Shown here in pieces: positions 50,401 to 62,084 of a stretch of DNA of 64,000 nucleotides. Positions within the stretch are counted from its first letter, which is position 1; each line of letters opens with the position of its first letter. Both the position numbers and the translations under genes were made by a program. Below the pieces are notes generated by a model. That model saw only the letters and a list, made by a program, of their open reading frames with translations, was not told the origin of the DNA and made no database searches. Source of the DNA: Takakia lepidozioides (lineage: Eukaryota; Plantae; Bryophyta); NCBI GenBank assembly GCA_030704615.1, contig CM060731.1:23374001-23438000 (forward strand). The letters run 5' to 3'.

Positions 50401-53212
50401 TGATACAGTGCATGGCTCAGCTCCTGACGAGCAGTGTGCAACTGCTGCTCCAATGCATAATTGGACAACACAACAGCATCCCACTCCTAGAGGCCCATTC
50501 CACATATCCGATCGTCAGATTGTCCAAATTGTCAGGACCTTGAAATTGTCAGGACCTTTACTAAATCAGCACTCATCAAATAGGTCACAGCATAACATAA
50601 GCTCCACCTACTGCCATAGCATCTGGATTGGACTAACTACTGATTTGCGTTACTTGGTGCCGAACAATCAATATGGACTGTTCTGTTGCATAGGGGTCCA
50701 CTAAGTTCACCTGGACTAGTAAATGTATAGTTTCATGCATTTGCTCCCAAATTTCTTTCAACCATTACTCATGTGTTCAAAAAGTTTGCTTGATTGGGCT
50801 TAGAAGTTGAGCATTCCTGCAATGAATGCTCAATGTCAAAACTGGATAGTAGTGATGGTTCGACCAGAAGAGCATATGGCTGATCATTGAAGAATGCTGA
50901 CGGGAGAAAGAAGAAGAAACATAGCCACATACTTGCTATGGACCAAGCTTGTGGCCGTGAGCAGTGACACCGAAACATACAGGAGGGGGATAAGTCCATT
51001 ACAGCTCAATGCTTTCACTCTCAATTGTTTTGTTGCATCAGAATTTGATTTTGCTACTACTGCAATACTGGTTGTGGCTGTGAGAGAGAGACATAAGAGA
51101 GGCTCACATTTTGGAAAAGGCCAAGCATGCCTGGGATGCTTGCTGCCTGCAAGGGTCTGGGCTTCACAGCCTGCCTTCCGTCGAAGCACAAGACAAGAAC
51201 CCAATTAGTTTGATACCAATCTCATGAATAGTGAAACACGATGACAGCAAAAAATGCCTAGTTGTAAGACAAAGTCTACGCGTAGACTAAACATACACCA
51301 GAAATCTGACAGACCTCACCTCACGAGGAGCAGGGCTACGGCCTAATGGCTGCGTACATCAAATAGGAAGGTAGCTAGCAATTTTGAATTTGCAACATGC
51401 TCTACAGTTTAGGGAAACAAATCTACACGCCTCATTGAGAAACAGAACAGACAGAATGTTTTCCAGAGATTTTGGTCAGCAGCACCTTATTGATTTTCAG
51501 CGTAATGAGATCATCTATGGACATCGACTCTCCTGTAACTGGACAGGTTCCATTGTCCTGCAGAACAATAGCGGCCCTTTGGTTATCCCAATTCTTACTT
51601 GCACAACAGACATCAATGCTAGCAAGAATGCGAAAATGCAATCAAGAGGCTTGGGAGAGGGAAAATAAGGTCCTTCTGCTATCACAGATAGCACTGATGC
51701 AGGAGTGACAGAGGGACTGGTATTGTATGACAAGAACAGGGTGAAGAAGAGGAGCATAACAGCTAAAGTGGAACTTGTGAAACTTTAACTCCCATACTAT
51801 TGGCCAGATAGAATTGTGCAAAGTTTGGCCGGACCATAAAAACCATTCTCTGATCTGCACTCAATTGGTTTTCTCAGGTGTACATAATTAAGCTCGGCCA
51901 TGTTGAAAGTTATGAAAGACTCAAAATATAAGGCTACCTGGTCAGTGGAGACTAGTTTCAAAGGCTGGAAATCTAGTGCCAAAAGCTCTGACTCTCCATG
52001 TGTCTGAATCCTGGCCCAGTGAGTTCCTACATAGAACTAATGCTACATGGTAGTATCCAGAGTGTTTTAACAGAATTTGCACGAGGAGATATGTACAGGT
52101 ACAGGTATCGACTGCAGTGAGCATGCCACATTGTGCCCGGCTCTAATGCAACCTAGGTTTGAGGTCTAGTGTAAGGGGATTTGGTACTTGCAACTCATTA
52201 GCCGATGAGCTCACTGGAAATATACAAATCACATAGATCAAATTCTGTACGAATGCATACGGTCCCATACCGTAAGAAGCTGGGCTATGCTTCATGTCCA
52301 TAAAAGCATTGTACATAGAAAGATGGATCCAGGCAAACAGTTGCTGGCAGAAGGAGGGAGAGGAAGGGAGGGTAGCACAATGCAGGCCATCTTCCATAGC
52401 AGAGAGAGAGATGGCGGAAGAGAGAATGGTCTGTCTATTCAGGTAAGGAATCCATAGGCACTCTCTGTCCCAATTCATCAAATCAATCCCCTCCTTACCA
52501 GAACATGACAAATTTCGACTGGAAACCCCAATCAATCAAAATCTCCTCGAGTACACTTCCAAATATTCAGGGAGAGCTTCATTCTACCTAGTGGAAACCA
52601 CAAAATGTGAAGGGCTGGTTGAGGTCGAAAAGCAGAAAACAGTGCTGGAAGTGGGAAGAAACAAGTACACATGAATAGAGTGCAGGCACCGTACAGCAAG
52701 ATGCTTCTCAATGAGCCGCCGTTCAAAGAGCAAGCTAGTTCGGCGGGACACCACGGGTTCTTCGGGCGTCACCCCCGATACTGCAGCACATCCCAAAAAT
52801 GGCGATTTACTAGCAAAACTTTCAACATCCTGCCATTCTCTTGGCTGAACGCAGCTGAAGGTGAATGTTGTTGCATTCATTTACATGCCTTGACACAAAA
52901 ACTGTGACGAGGCTCAGCTGCTAACCAAGATTATTGAGAGAACGGCCCCATTTACTTCGTCACGCATGAACTCAAAATTAATTTCAAATTGTAAAAATCC
53001 TCAATATTCCAACACAGATTCACGTCCTCATCTCCTCCTAATCTTCTCGTGAGCATCAAACGTCCCGATCAGCTGCCATCCCGGCTCTCACTATCTCCAA
53101 ACACGTGCATTTCACACCAAGCCACAGAAACCGTCTTGTTAAATTCTCAGAGCTGTCGTAATCAAAGAGCTTCACTTAAAGATAGGATACAGCACGTACT
53201 GGCACAAAACAT
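44473..53212 (-). CDS. PRP19: Pre-mRNA processing factor 19 (U-box + WD40; MAC3 homolog), multi-exon
   Basis: [106 protein letters not shown]; last exon [23 protein letters not shown] (stop 44473-44475). Confidence 0.95.
44938..45321 (-). mobile_element. 5'-truncated non-LTR retrotransposon insertion with 16-bp TSD in the last PRP19 intron
   Basis: TGCCGAGGGTCAAAGA at 44922-44937 and 45322-45337; the insert is highly similar to 60980-61220. Confidence 0.9.
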
Positions 53213-53537
53213 GGCGCCCGCCCGCCCGCTGCTTGCAGGCCTCGATGTCCTATCACGCCAAAACCCCGAAGAGCGCAGAAGGAGAGACGAACAGGTTTAG
53301 GGTTTGGGGAGGGCAGGTCTGGCTAGGGCTGGGCGAAACGACTCGTAAGTGGCATCGCCAGGTTTCGCCCTATGTGGTGCAGGCTGAAGAAGGGACGCGA
53401 AAACTGTTGTGTGCAGTTGCCCGGGCTTGTTGGTGGATGCTGCAGTTGCGGTGGAAGATCGCGAGGAAGGGCGTTGGAAGATCGCTGCTGCCTGGCAAGG
53501 CATGAGCAGCACAAGGTATTAGGATCGGAGAAGTGGG

Positions 53538-56474
53538 GTGGTTGATTCTACGGCTGGAAGAGTGGACGGAATGCAGGATCAGGGTCTGGGATGGAGGCAT
53601 CCTCGGTCACGGCAAGGGGGCGATGCCACAAACCCGCATCGAATAAAGCGGGGTGGAAAGGGTAGACACAAGGCAGGAACGGGTGCGGAGATGGAGGGGA
53701 GTGTATCACATATCCGAGATGATGCTGATTTGGAACTTGGATTAGGAGGGAGCTCCAGAGCTGAGGCTGCGGCGAGTGAGAAGCAGGATGAAGCCGCGGT
53801 AACGGTAGAGGAGCCGTCTGCTGAATATTTGACGGCAGCTCCAGAAGAGAAGGGACGGAAGTTTGGAGGCCTACGACTGTACTTGGGGAAAGAGATGCAC
53901 AATAGCAGTGACAGTGAAGGGGATGATCTTATGTTTTCAAACCGGGAAAAGGGTCACAAACTGCGCTCTGCTAGCGAGAGAGCGCGGGGTGACGGAAAAT
54001 TGCTTGCTGGAAGGCATGGGATAAAGGCCTTTCTTTCTGGCAGCAATCCTGAAGCTGAGAGTCAACACAGTAGCGGTGCTAATGGATTGATGGTGCTGGA
54101 GTGTTCTGGGAAGCAGCCCATGGACTTGTTCGAAGAGAAGGACGGTAATCAAATGGAGGTTCGGAGGCCACGGACTAGGTCGTTGTTGCACACTCTGGGG
54201 AGCAAGAGGCATGGGCAAGGCTCTATTCCAGGAACAGAAGAGCAGCAGCAATGTGGAAATGGCTCACATGTACCTTCAAATGGAGAAGTTTTTGGTATTC
54301 CAGCTGGTGAAATGGAAGGTCTCAGTGAGAGAAGAAAGGGAAAGAGGAAACAAGCTGAAGGGATGGACAGAGCTGCAGGCGAGTCCTCAAGTCCCCTGGA
54401 GAGTTCCCAGAGTTGGCAATCTCAAGGCTTACTGTTGAGTTCAGAGGATGGAATACTAGAACGGGGTATGAGACAAGTTGCCGAGGAAGATGCACGGGGT
54501 GAAATAAATTCCGCCCTTGTGGAGGCCAGTGGGGGGATTGATGTGGCTGGAGATGCTGTGACCATGAAAAGACGTCGCAGGGAGCTTGGGGAAGACTTGA
54601 ACCTACCGAATGTGGTTGGTTGTGTGCAGGAGGTGGTGGATTTGTCGTCACAATCTCCTGAAAGTCCTAGACTAAGAAGGCTCTCCACCAGAGCTCCTCA
54701 GACTGAACACCGCGTCTGGGTGCCGGCACTTGGATCTAGGGACACGAGGGATGGTTTGGATGTGACTGAGGAACATCATGCTGAGCTGCGAAGGATTCGG
54801 AGGAGCAGGAGTGTCAGTGGTTCCACAAGAAACGCAAGAGTGAGATTTGGCGCTAATAACCAACCTGCTTGGGCATCGCCAACCACACAAACCAGCATTG
54901 ATAGGAGAGAGCAGGAGCACTCCGTTGAGTTATTTGACCTTCATTTAGGTGAGCCACTACATGGTAGGGACGACTCTGAAGGTATTGGGGAAGGTTCAAA
55001 TTCTTCATTGTTGCAAGGGACGAGTGCGGAAGAGCCTGTGCTGGCCTTTGGGAGAGGAGAGGGGTCATCTGATCTAATAGATCTTGCAAATGATTTGTCG
55101 CCGCCAAATGGCCGGTTTCAGGTAGAGAGATTGTCTCTCTTTCCAGATGCCAGTGATGTTGCAGGGGGCAGAGGGGCCGGGAGCTCACAAGCACATATCT
55201 CACTCTCAGAGAGCCCTGAGCCTGGACCCATAAATGGCACCAGTGAACGTGCAGGGCCTCAGTGGTTTTCTCGGTTTGGCAGGGAGGCTCTTCAGGACAT
55301 GGGAGAAGGCTCTCTTCGTGGCAACGAGGACAGGATTTTTAGGTTAGATGAGACTGCAGTGCAGGTAGATCCTTCAGATCTGAGAAGAAGCCGGGCATTT
55401 AACATGGGTGCTCCCAGCAACAATAGTTCAGCGGAGCCTGAAGCTTCCTCCAATCTGCCAGTGCGAGAAGGGATTGGGCAACCAGGTAGAAGCTTTCCGT
55501 CAAGTGCCAGCAGAAGGCTTGGATTCTCAGTTGTTCGGAGGCGCCCACACAGGCGCATTGGGTCGAGGTCAGGGTTGGATGGTAGGGTTGTGAGAAGGGA
55601 CCTGGGTATGGTTCCTATGGAAACAGATGAGTCTTTGTCTGTGGGCACCCGTGCTCCCGGGACCAATATTGATTGTGTTGCACTTCAGGTGGCGGGGGAT
55701 GAGAGGCTGGCGCGAGAGCTGCAGCAGGCTGAGTCTGAAGCAGTAAGAGGCGATCAACCTTGGGATGATGAAATATTGGCGAGGATGTTGCAACAAGAAG
55801 AGAATGCTCACGTCCGGGGGCTCCCTCTTGGACCATCCGCCACATTTCACGGGACTGGTACATCACGTATTCATGCTGTTTTGGGAGAGATGGAGAACCA
55901 AAGGGTAGCTCGCAGGCTTTTGCAAAGCGGGCTGGTCCGGGCCCAAGCCGAGAGGGTTGGCAATCCTGGTTCAAGCTCCAGGGCAGCACGCATGCCCGGC
56001 CATGGCCGCAGCTCTACTGTGTCTGGTCTCCGAGCGCGAACTGCGGCAGTAGCAGCAAGTAATGGTGAGGAAACGAGTGTTACACTTCCTCAGTTTCCTT
56101 CAAACATGGCCTTGGAAATGAGGCTGGAGGTTTTGGCAGCTTTGGAGATGGCTTTCCAGGAGCAATTGCCTTTAGGCTTACAGCTAGCCCATGTCGACCG
56201 AGATTTCAATGAGAACGATTATGAAATGTTATTGGCTCTGGACGCAGACAATGGTAGGCATCGTGGCGCGTCACGTGAGGCCATAGCACAGTTACCGACA
56301 ATGACGATTCCACCCACGGATGTGTCTGAAGACGGGTGTTCCATTTGCTTGGAGGTACGAGTTGCTGGGGACATTTTTCGCCTTTTGCCATGCATGCATA
56401 CTTTCCATCAGCAGTGTATTGACAAGTGGTTGCAGCGCCAGGCTGTGTGCCCTATTTGTAAGGCCCACATTTGA
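53538..56474 (+). CDS. Single-exon RING-H2 E3 ubiquitin ligase with long disordered N-terminus (likely ATG at 53571)
   Basis: 978-codon ORF. DRDFNENDYEMLLALD precedes CSICLE..LPCMHTFHQQCIDKWL..CPIC (C3H2C3). Two ubiquitin-binding-like helices, DERLARELQQAE and DEILARMLQQEE. Confidence 0.92.
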   Translation: MVDSTAGRVDGMQDQGLGWRHPRSRQGGDATNPHRIKRGGKGRHKAGTGAEMEGSVSHIRDDADLELGLGGSSRAEAAASEKQDEAAVTVEEPSAEYLTAAPEEKGRKFGGLRLYLGKEMHNSSDSEGDDLMFSNREKGHKLRSASERARGDGKLLAGRHGIKAFLSGSNPEAESQHSSGANGLMVLECSGKQPMDLFEEKDGNQMEVRRPRTRSLLHTLGSKRHGQGSIPGTEEQQQCGNGSHVPSNGEVFGIPAGEMEGLSERRKGKRKQAEGMDRAAGESSSPLESSQSWQSQGLLLSSEDGILERGMRQVAEEDARGEINSALVEASGGIDVAGDAVTMKRRRRELGEDLNLPNVVGCVQEVVDLSSQSPESPRLRRLSTRAPQTEHRVWVPALGSRDTRDGLDVTEEHHAELRRIRRSRSVSGSTRNARVRFGANNQPAWASPTTQTSIDRREQEHSVELFDLHLGEPLHGRDDSEGIGEGSNSSLLQGTSAEEPVLAFGRGEGSSDLIDLANDLSPPNGRFQVERLSLFPDASDVAGGRGAGSSQAHISLSESPEPGPINGTSERAGPQWFSRFGREALQDMGEGSLRGNEDRIFRLDETAVQVDPSDLRRSRAFNMGAPSNNSSAEPEASSNLPVREGIGQPGRSFPSSASRRLGFSVVRRRPHRRIGSRSGLDGRVVRRDLGMVPMETDESLSVGTRAPGTNIDCVALQVAGDERLARELQQAESEAVRGDQPWDDEILARMLQQEENAHVRGLPLGPSATFHGTGTSRIHAVLGEMENQRVARRLLQSGLVRAQAERVGNPGSSSRAARMPGHGRSSTVSGLRARTAAVAASNGEETSVTLPQFPSNMALEMRLEVLAALEMAFQEQLPLGLQLAHVDRDFNENDYEMLLALDADNGRHRGASREAIAQLPTMTIPPTDVSEDGCSICLEVRVAGDIFRLLPCMHTFHQQCIDKWLQRQAVCPICKAHI

Positions 56475-57034
56475 AGCTCCTTGCTGAGGTGCTAAGCCTC
56501 TGATTGTCTAGTGTCGAGATACTTTGTATCTTTATCCAAATGAAATTTGACAATGATATTAACAGCTGTCATGAGTGCTGAGCTTTGCCCTGCATGGAGT
56601 TGTCAGCTCCTGCACATCACAAATAATTAGTACATTGCAAGCATGCTATGTCTTCACATATTGTAAGTTTCATGGGGTCAATTGTTTAAGCTCCCTTCTA
56701 GTGAAAGATTACATATTGAAACAGCATGTTATTTTGACAGGGGTGCAAAAGGGCATCTGAAAGACCTCACATTTTCACTCAGTCAGAAGGTGTGTCAGAT
56801 GGTGTGTGATGACTTTCTCCATTTGTGCAAGGACATTTCCAGTAATAACATGAATTGTGAGAGGAAAGTACAATGACAGGTACAAATATAGGTGCCCAAG
56901 AATTAAGGTGTCACCATGTATGAGGATGCAAGATCTTCCCTGTCATTGGATAAAATTAGCTTCCATTGATAGATCATCACCAATCCACTCTAATAGTTAC
57001 AAGCCAAGCTTTTCACAAATGCTTGCTACCTCTT

Positions 57035-59574
57035 TCACCAGTAATCCCCACAAGAACAAACCCCATCTTGGAAGTGGTGGAAGCGGTTGTGTCCCATACA
57101 ATAATGGTTCGGTCAACAATCTTGGAAATGAACTTGGTGGCAGAATGGCAATCACCACACACCCGGAGATTCTTCATGATATGGATGGGTGTCCCAGGGC
57201 ACGTACTAATCAGCCCAAAAGCAATGGCTAGTTTCTCACTGTGTTTGTCTAGAGAAAGTTCCTTCTGCTCCTACTCCACATCATGCAAGACGAAGCGTGT
57301 GTCAGGCATGTATCCAGCCTCCTTCATCAACCCAGACAATCTCTTCAGCTCCACATGGATTTCGTTAATTTGTGGATGCAGTTTGTCTTCCACAATGAAC
57401 GTATGCATCTGGTTGTCCACCTCAATGCAGCTGCGCCCTGGCTCCTTCCTAGCACCTCTATGCTCCATCATTTTTCTTACCTTTGCAGTATCATCCCACC
57501 TGCCAGCTGCAGCATAGATATTTGATAGCAGCACATAAGTGGCAGCATTCTGTGGATCCAACTTGCAAAGGCATTTTGCAGTACGTTCTGCTACATCCAC
57601 ATCACTATGAATTCTGCAGGCACCAAGCAAAGCCCCCCACACTGCGGCACCAGGTTCGATGGGCATTTTGTTGATCAGGTCTTCTGCCTCGTTCAATTGC
57701 CCTGCACGACCAAGAAGGTCCACCATGCAGCAAAAATGGTCCACTGTGGGAATGAGGCCATGATCCTGACTCATTGAATCAAAGTAGTGGCAGCCTTCAT
57801 CCACAAGGCCCACGTGGCTACATGCAGAGAGAAGACATATAAAGGTGATACATGTCGGCTTCAAGCCTTCCTGTTGCATTTGTTCAAATAGTTCAAGGGC
57901 TTCCACACCACACCCATGCTGACCATATCCTGCAATCATTGCACTCCATGAGACCACATCTCGTTCAGCCATATCGTCAAATACTTGCCGCGCATCATTC
58001 ATGTGTCCACATTTGGCATACATGTCAACAAGGGCAGTGTCCAGAATAATATCTGGAGCTATTCCGGCTTTCATGATCTCAGCATGAACCTGTTTGCCTT
58101 TTTCCAGGGCCGCCAGGCTGGCACACGCATTGAGAACGGAAATGAATGTGACCTTGTTGGGCATCACCCCTTCCCGTAGCATAAATTCATACAACTCAAA
58201 AGCCTCCCTCCCACACCCATTCTGAGCATACCCTGCAATCATTGTGCTCCATGAGACAACATTTCGTTGAGCCATTTGGTTGAATACTTGACGCGCATTC
58301 TCTATGCTTCCACATTTAGCATACATGTCAACAAGGGCATTCTCCAAATTTATGTATGATGCAATTCCTGCTTTGATGATGTAAGCATGGACCTCTTTAC
58401 CCTTCTCCAGAGCTGTCAGGCTGGCGTACGCACTGAGAACACAGATTAGGGTGACCTTGTCAGGTGTCACCCCTGCTCGTATCATTTGCTCATAAATCTC
58501 TACAGCCTCCCTACCACATCCATGCTGAGCATATCCTGCTATCATAGCACTCCAGGAGACCACATCTTGTTGAGCCATATTGTTGAACACTTGTCGCGCT
58601 TCCTTCATGTCCCCGCATTTAGCATACATGTCAACAAGGGCAGTCTCCAGAATCATATCTTGTGTGACTCCAGCCTTAGTGATGTCGGCATGGACCTCTT
58701 TGCCCTTTTCCAGGGCTCCTAGGCTGGAACACGCATTGAGAACACAAATGAATGTAACCTTGTCGGGTGTCACACCTTCCCATGCAATTTGCTCATACAT
58801 CTGTAAAGCCTCTCTACCACACCCATGCCGAGCATATCCTGTGATCATCGCATTCCATGAGACAACATCTCGCTGAGCCATGTTATCAAACACTTGACGG
58901 GCATCCCGTATGCTCCCACATCTGGCATACATGTTAACAAGGGCAGTCTCCAGAATGGTATCCGGCTCGACTCCAGCTTTCATGATGTGAGCATGGACCT
59001 CTTTGGCCCTTTCCAGTGCTCCTAGGCTGGCACATGCCTTGATGGCACAAATGAATATGAAACTGTTGGGTGTCAACCCTTCTCGTAGCATATTTTGATA
59101 CATCTCAAAAGCCTCCCTACCATATCCATGCTTCACATATCCTGCCACCATTGTACTCCATGTAAACACCTCTCGTTCCGGCATTTTATCAAATACTTTG
59201 CGTGCATCCACCAAGCTCCCACATTTGGCATACATGTTGACAAGGGTGTTGAGTAGAAATAGGTTTGGCTTGAATTGACTTTGGATAATGTGGGTATGCA
59301 CCTGCTTTCCCATTTCAAGGTCCTTCAATTTGATGCACTCTCGCAAGAAACTGACATAAGTATCCGAGCCTGCCGAAAGTTTTTGGTTGTTCAATATGTA
59401 CAGTGCCTCTCTCAGTTTTCCTGCCTTACATAGGGATTTCACATCCCTGAAAGTGCCACAAAACTTCTCCCTGACTCCCTCTCTTGCTCCTCTTTCAAAG
59501 GTAGTGTTTGTACCAAAAGTGCCTGCTTCAAACAATTGTGCATGATTCAACCCTGCCATCCTGCATGGCTCCAA
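57035..59574 (-). CDS. PLS-class pentatricopeptide repeat RNA-editing factor; ORF ends after E/E+ (57271) and is followed by a disrupted DYW domain
   Basis: Repeated [27 protein letters not shown] triplets, E domain, and PG box [10 protein letters not shown]. After the TAG: [37 protein letters not shown] (stop 57035-57037). Confidence 0.95.
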
Positions 59575-60491
59575 CCTTTCTCGTCAAACTCACGTACTAT
59601 ACCTCAACGCTCTAGAAGGGTCTTTATAAAGATGATAGTCTTACTGCTACTTACTGACTGGTTGACAAACTTACTGCACTCATCTACTTTTGAGAGTAAC
59701 AAGACCTAACCCTACCTGTACCACTGAATCATCATCAAAATATTACCTTTTGTATGTTCGGCCTAGAGCTCCATGGCTGACATTGTTGGTGAAACCATTA
59801 CTGGATTGTGCTGGATCAAGTACCGTGGCAGCTAGCACTGCATCCACCCAAGGAGGGTTTGACCAACTGTCATTGAAAGGGCATCATTTATCATCTTGTC
59901 TGAAGTCTCGTGATCTTGGACTCTTCTGTGAAGAAAACCAGTGGGCAGCCACAGCCTCGAATTGACCAGGCCAACTACCTACCAGAGTTGCAAGCATCTT
60001 TCAAAAAAAGGATCAGCTGTAACAAGTTACTGAGATAGCAATAGGCTGTCCGGTCTTACTGTTCTCTATGACAAAGAGCAAAGATATCATTTATTGAAGC
60101 AACTGGGGATACCATCCAGTCCCCAGAACATGACCATGCTCATTTCAGTCACAATCCGTCCTTGACAAATGCTCCCTATCCTAAAGGAAGATAGGCTCAC
60201 CTTGCCAAACTTGTTGCCCACCACTGTGTTTGGTCTGAGAAGAATTCCTGCCACAGGTATCCTTTGATCAATGCTTGTCCTGCGTGCAAAAACTACAAGA
60301 ACCTAAGAACATTGCCAGTTTCCAATTGCCTCAGTCTCTATTGAGGATCCCTAATGCCTTCAACTTTACCTCCACTCTCTCTCTCTCTCTCTCTCTCAAC
60401 CCTGGTGGGCACAAACCCCACTAAACACTCCGGGAGGGTTATTTTCCTCCAGGGTCACTGGCGGTAAGGCTATGACAAGCCAAGTCCCTTC

Positions 60492-60525
<34 letters not shown>

Positions 60526-60539
60526 TCTTTAAGCTCCCG

Positions 60540-61220
60540 ACGAGATGAATTCAAGGTCAGATGGTGGGATCAGCTGCAACATATGTCCAACATCAGTTAT
60601 CCTAAGTTAATCGACTCTATATCTTGGAAACAGGATCTCCCTGTCAAACAGGCTAAGTCCTGGCGGAAGAGAGTAGAAGAGATTCTCAAGGATCTGAATC
60701 TCAATCCGCAAGTCTTGACCCTGCTGGATAAATCTGACTTAGAGGCTGTAGTGTCCAAAGCCATGTCTGTTGCCAGGAAATTGTCTGATGAAAATGAAGT
60801 TAGGCAGAAAACTTCCCTGAACTCGTTTCCAGTCTGTGACATGGGGAAGGACATCAAGGATGACCTCAAGGGTCTACCCACTCTCGGCACTAGACTGAAA
60901 TTTAAACCCAGGGCCGGAAGCCTACCTTTGAACAGCACACAGAGGCAGAGAGGAAAGGGAGAGTGCAATTGCCCGTTGTGTGGGCAACCTGAAGACAATA
61001 TTCGTTTTCTGCTTCATTGTCCAGGGTTCTCTCACCAGAGAAACACTCTCCTCAAAACTATCAAGGGAATTGTGCCTGTACCTCTGTTTACCAACTTTGA
61101 AAGTCTCGAGGCTGAGCCAAAAGCCCATGCCCTTTTGGGGCCTAGTTATTGGGCAAACCACACACAGCAGATTGATGCTTGTGTGAAGGGATTTCTAGAG
61201 GATATCTGGAAAACCCGGAA
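60540..61220 (+). mobile_element. Non-LTR retrotransposon ORF2 C-terminal fragment
   Basis: CPLCGQPEDNIRFLLHCP is a LINE-type CCHC-like finger; same family as 44938-45321; preceded by (CT)n tracts at ~60375 and ~60495. Confidence 0.75.
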
Positions 61221-62084
61221 TCCAAAGAGGATGCAAATTCCACTTTTTCGGCCAACTAGTTGTGGGTGTCTCAAGGACAACGTGGAGCCTGCATTGCTCC
61301 GATCAAGAGCAGTTTAGAAACCCAAATATGTGCGCAAGGAATTCCATGATTTGCATATCTATACCTTTCTTCGGCATTTCTAGAGGCTGGGGAGACCTCA
61401 CAGCCATCACTCGCAAGGGTCTGGGCCCGGGAATCGGAAAGCTGCATCCCCACTTCTGCACCACAGCCTGCTCCGCAAATCTGCTGCATGATGTAAGGCT
61501 CCGCTCACCGCAAGGACAAACCAGGGCCTTGTCTCTCTGCGACCTCAGAGGAGCGCCGGATCGCACTGCCATCTGAGAGCCAAGACGGAGATGGCAACAG
61601 CGCTGGCTAGACTACAACTCACAAGCAGAGAATCCTTGTGCATCGACCAAGCCGATGGTAGTTGACACAATCTCACCAACAGTGAAACAGGACGAGCGTA
61701 TTGCATGTTGGCCCACGTGGAAAATCTCGGGCGTCTCTTTCGAGTCTGGTGCTCTCGAGCATGATAGGAGCTAAGCTTCATCAGAGGCACAGAGGCCACA
61801 TCAGAGGGTCGGATGTGCACAGATGCACTGAGCTGTCTCGGTAAGTGAAGATGACTGTAGGTATTTTAGTCGCTCTCTCTTGGAGGTAGGTACTCGTGGC
61901 TTGGGATGACCTGGCTTTGCAGGATTTGAAGCTGGATTTCATGCGAAGAGCCTGTTGTTACCTACTGCAATCTGTGAGGACAGCAGCTGCCTCCTCGGAA
62001 CTGGGCAACTAGGAGGGAAGGTATTCTCATCAACGGGTCTCCCGCAGCGGAGGGGGACATAAGGAGAGTGTACTTCGTGGAGGG

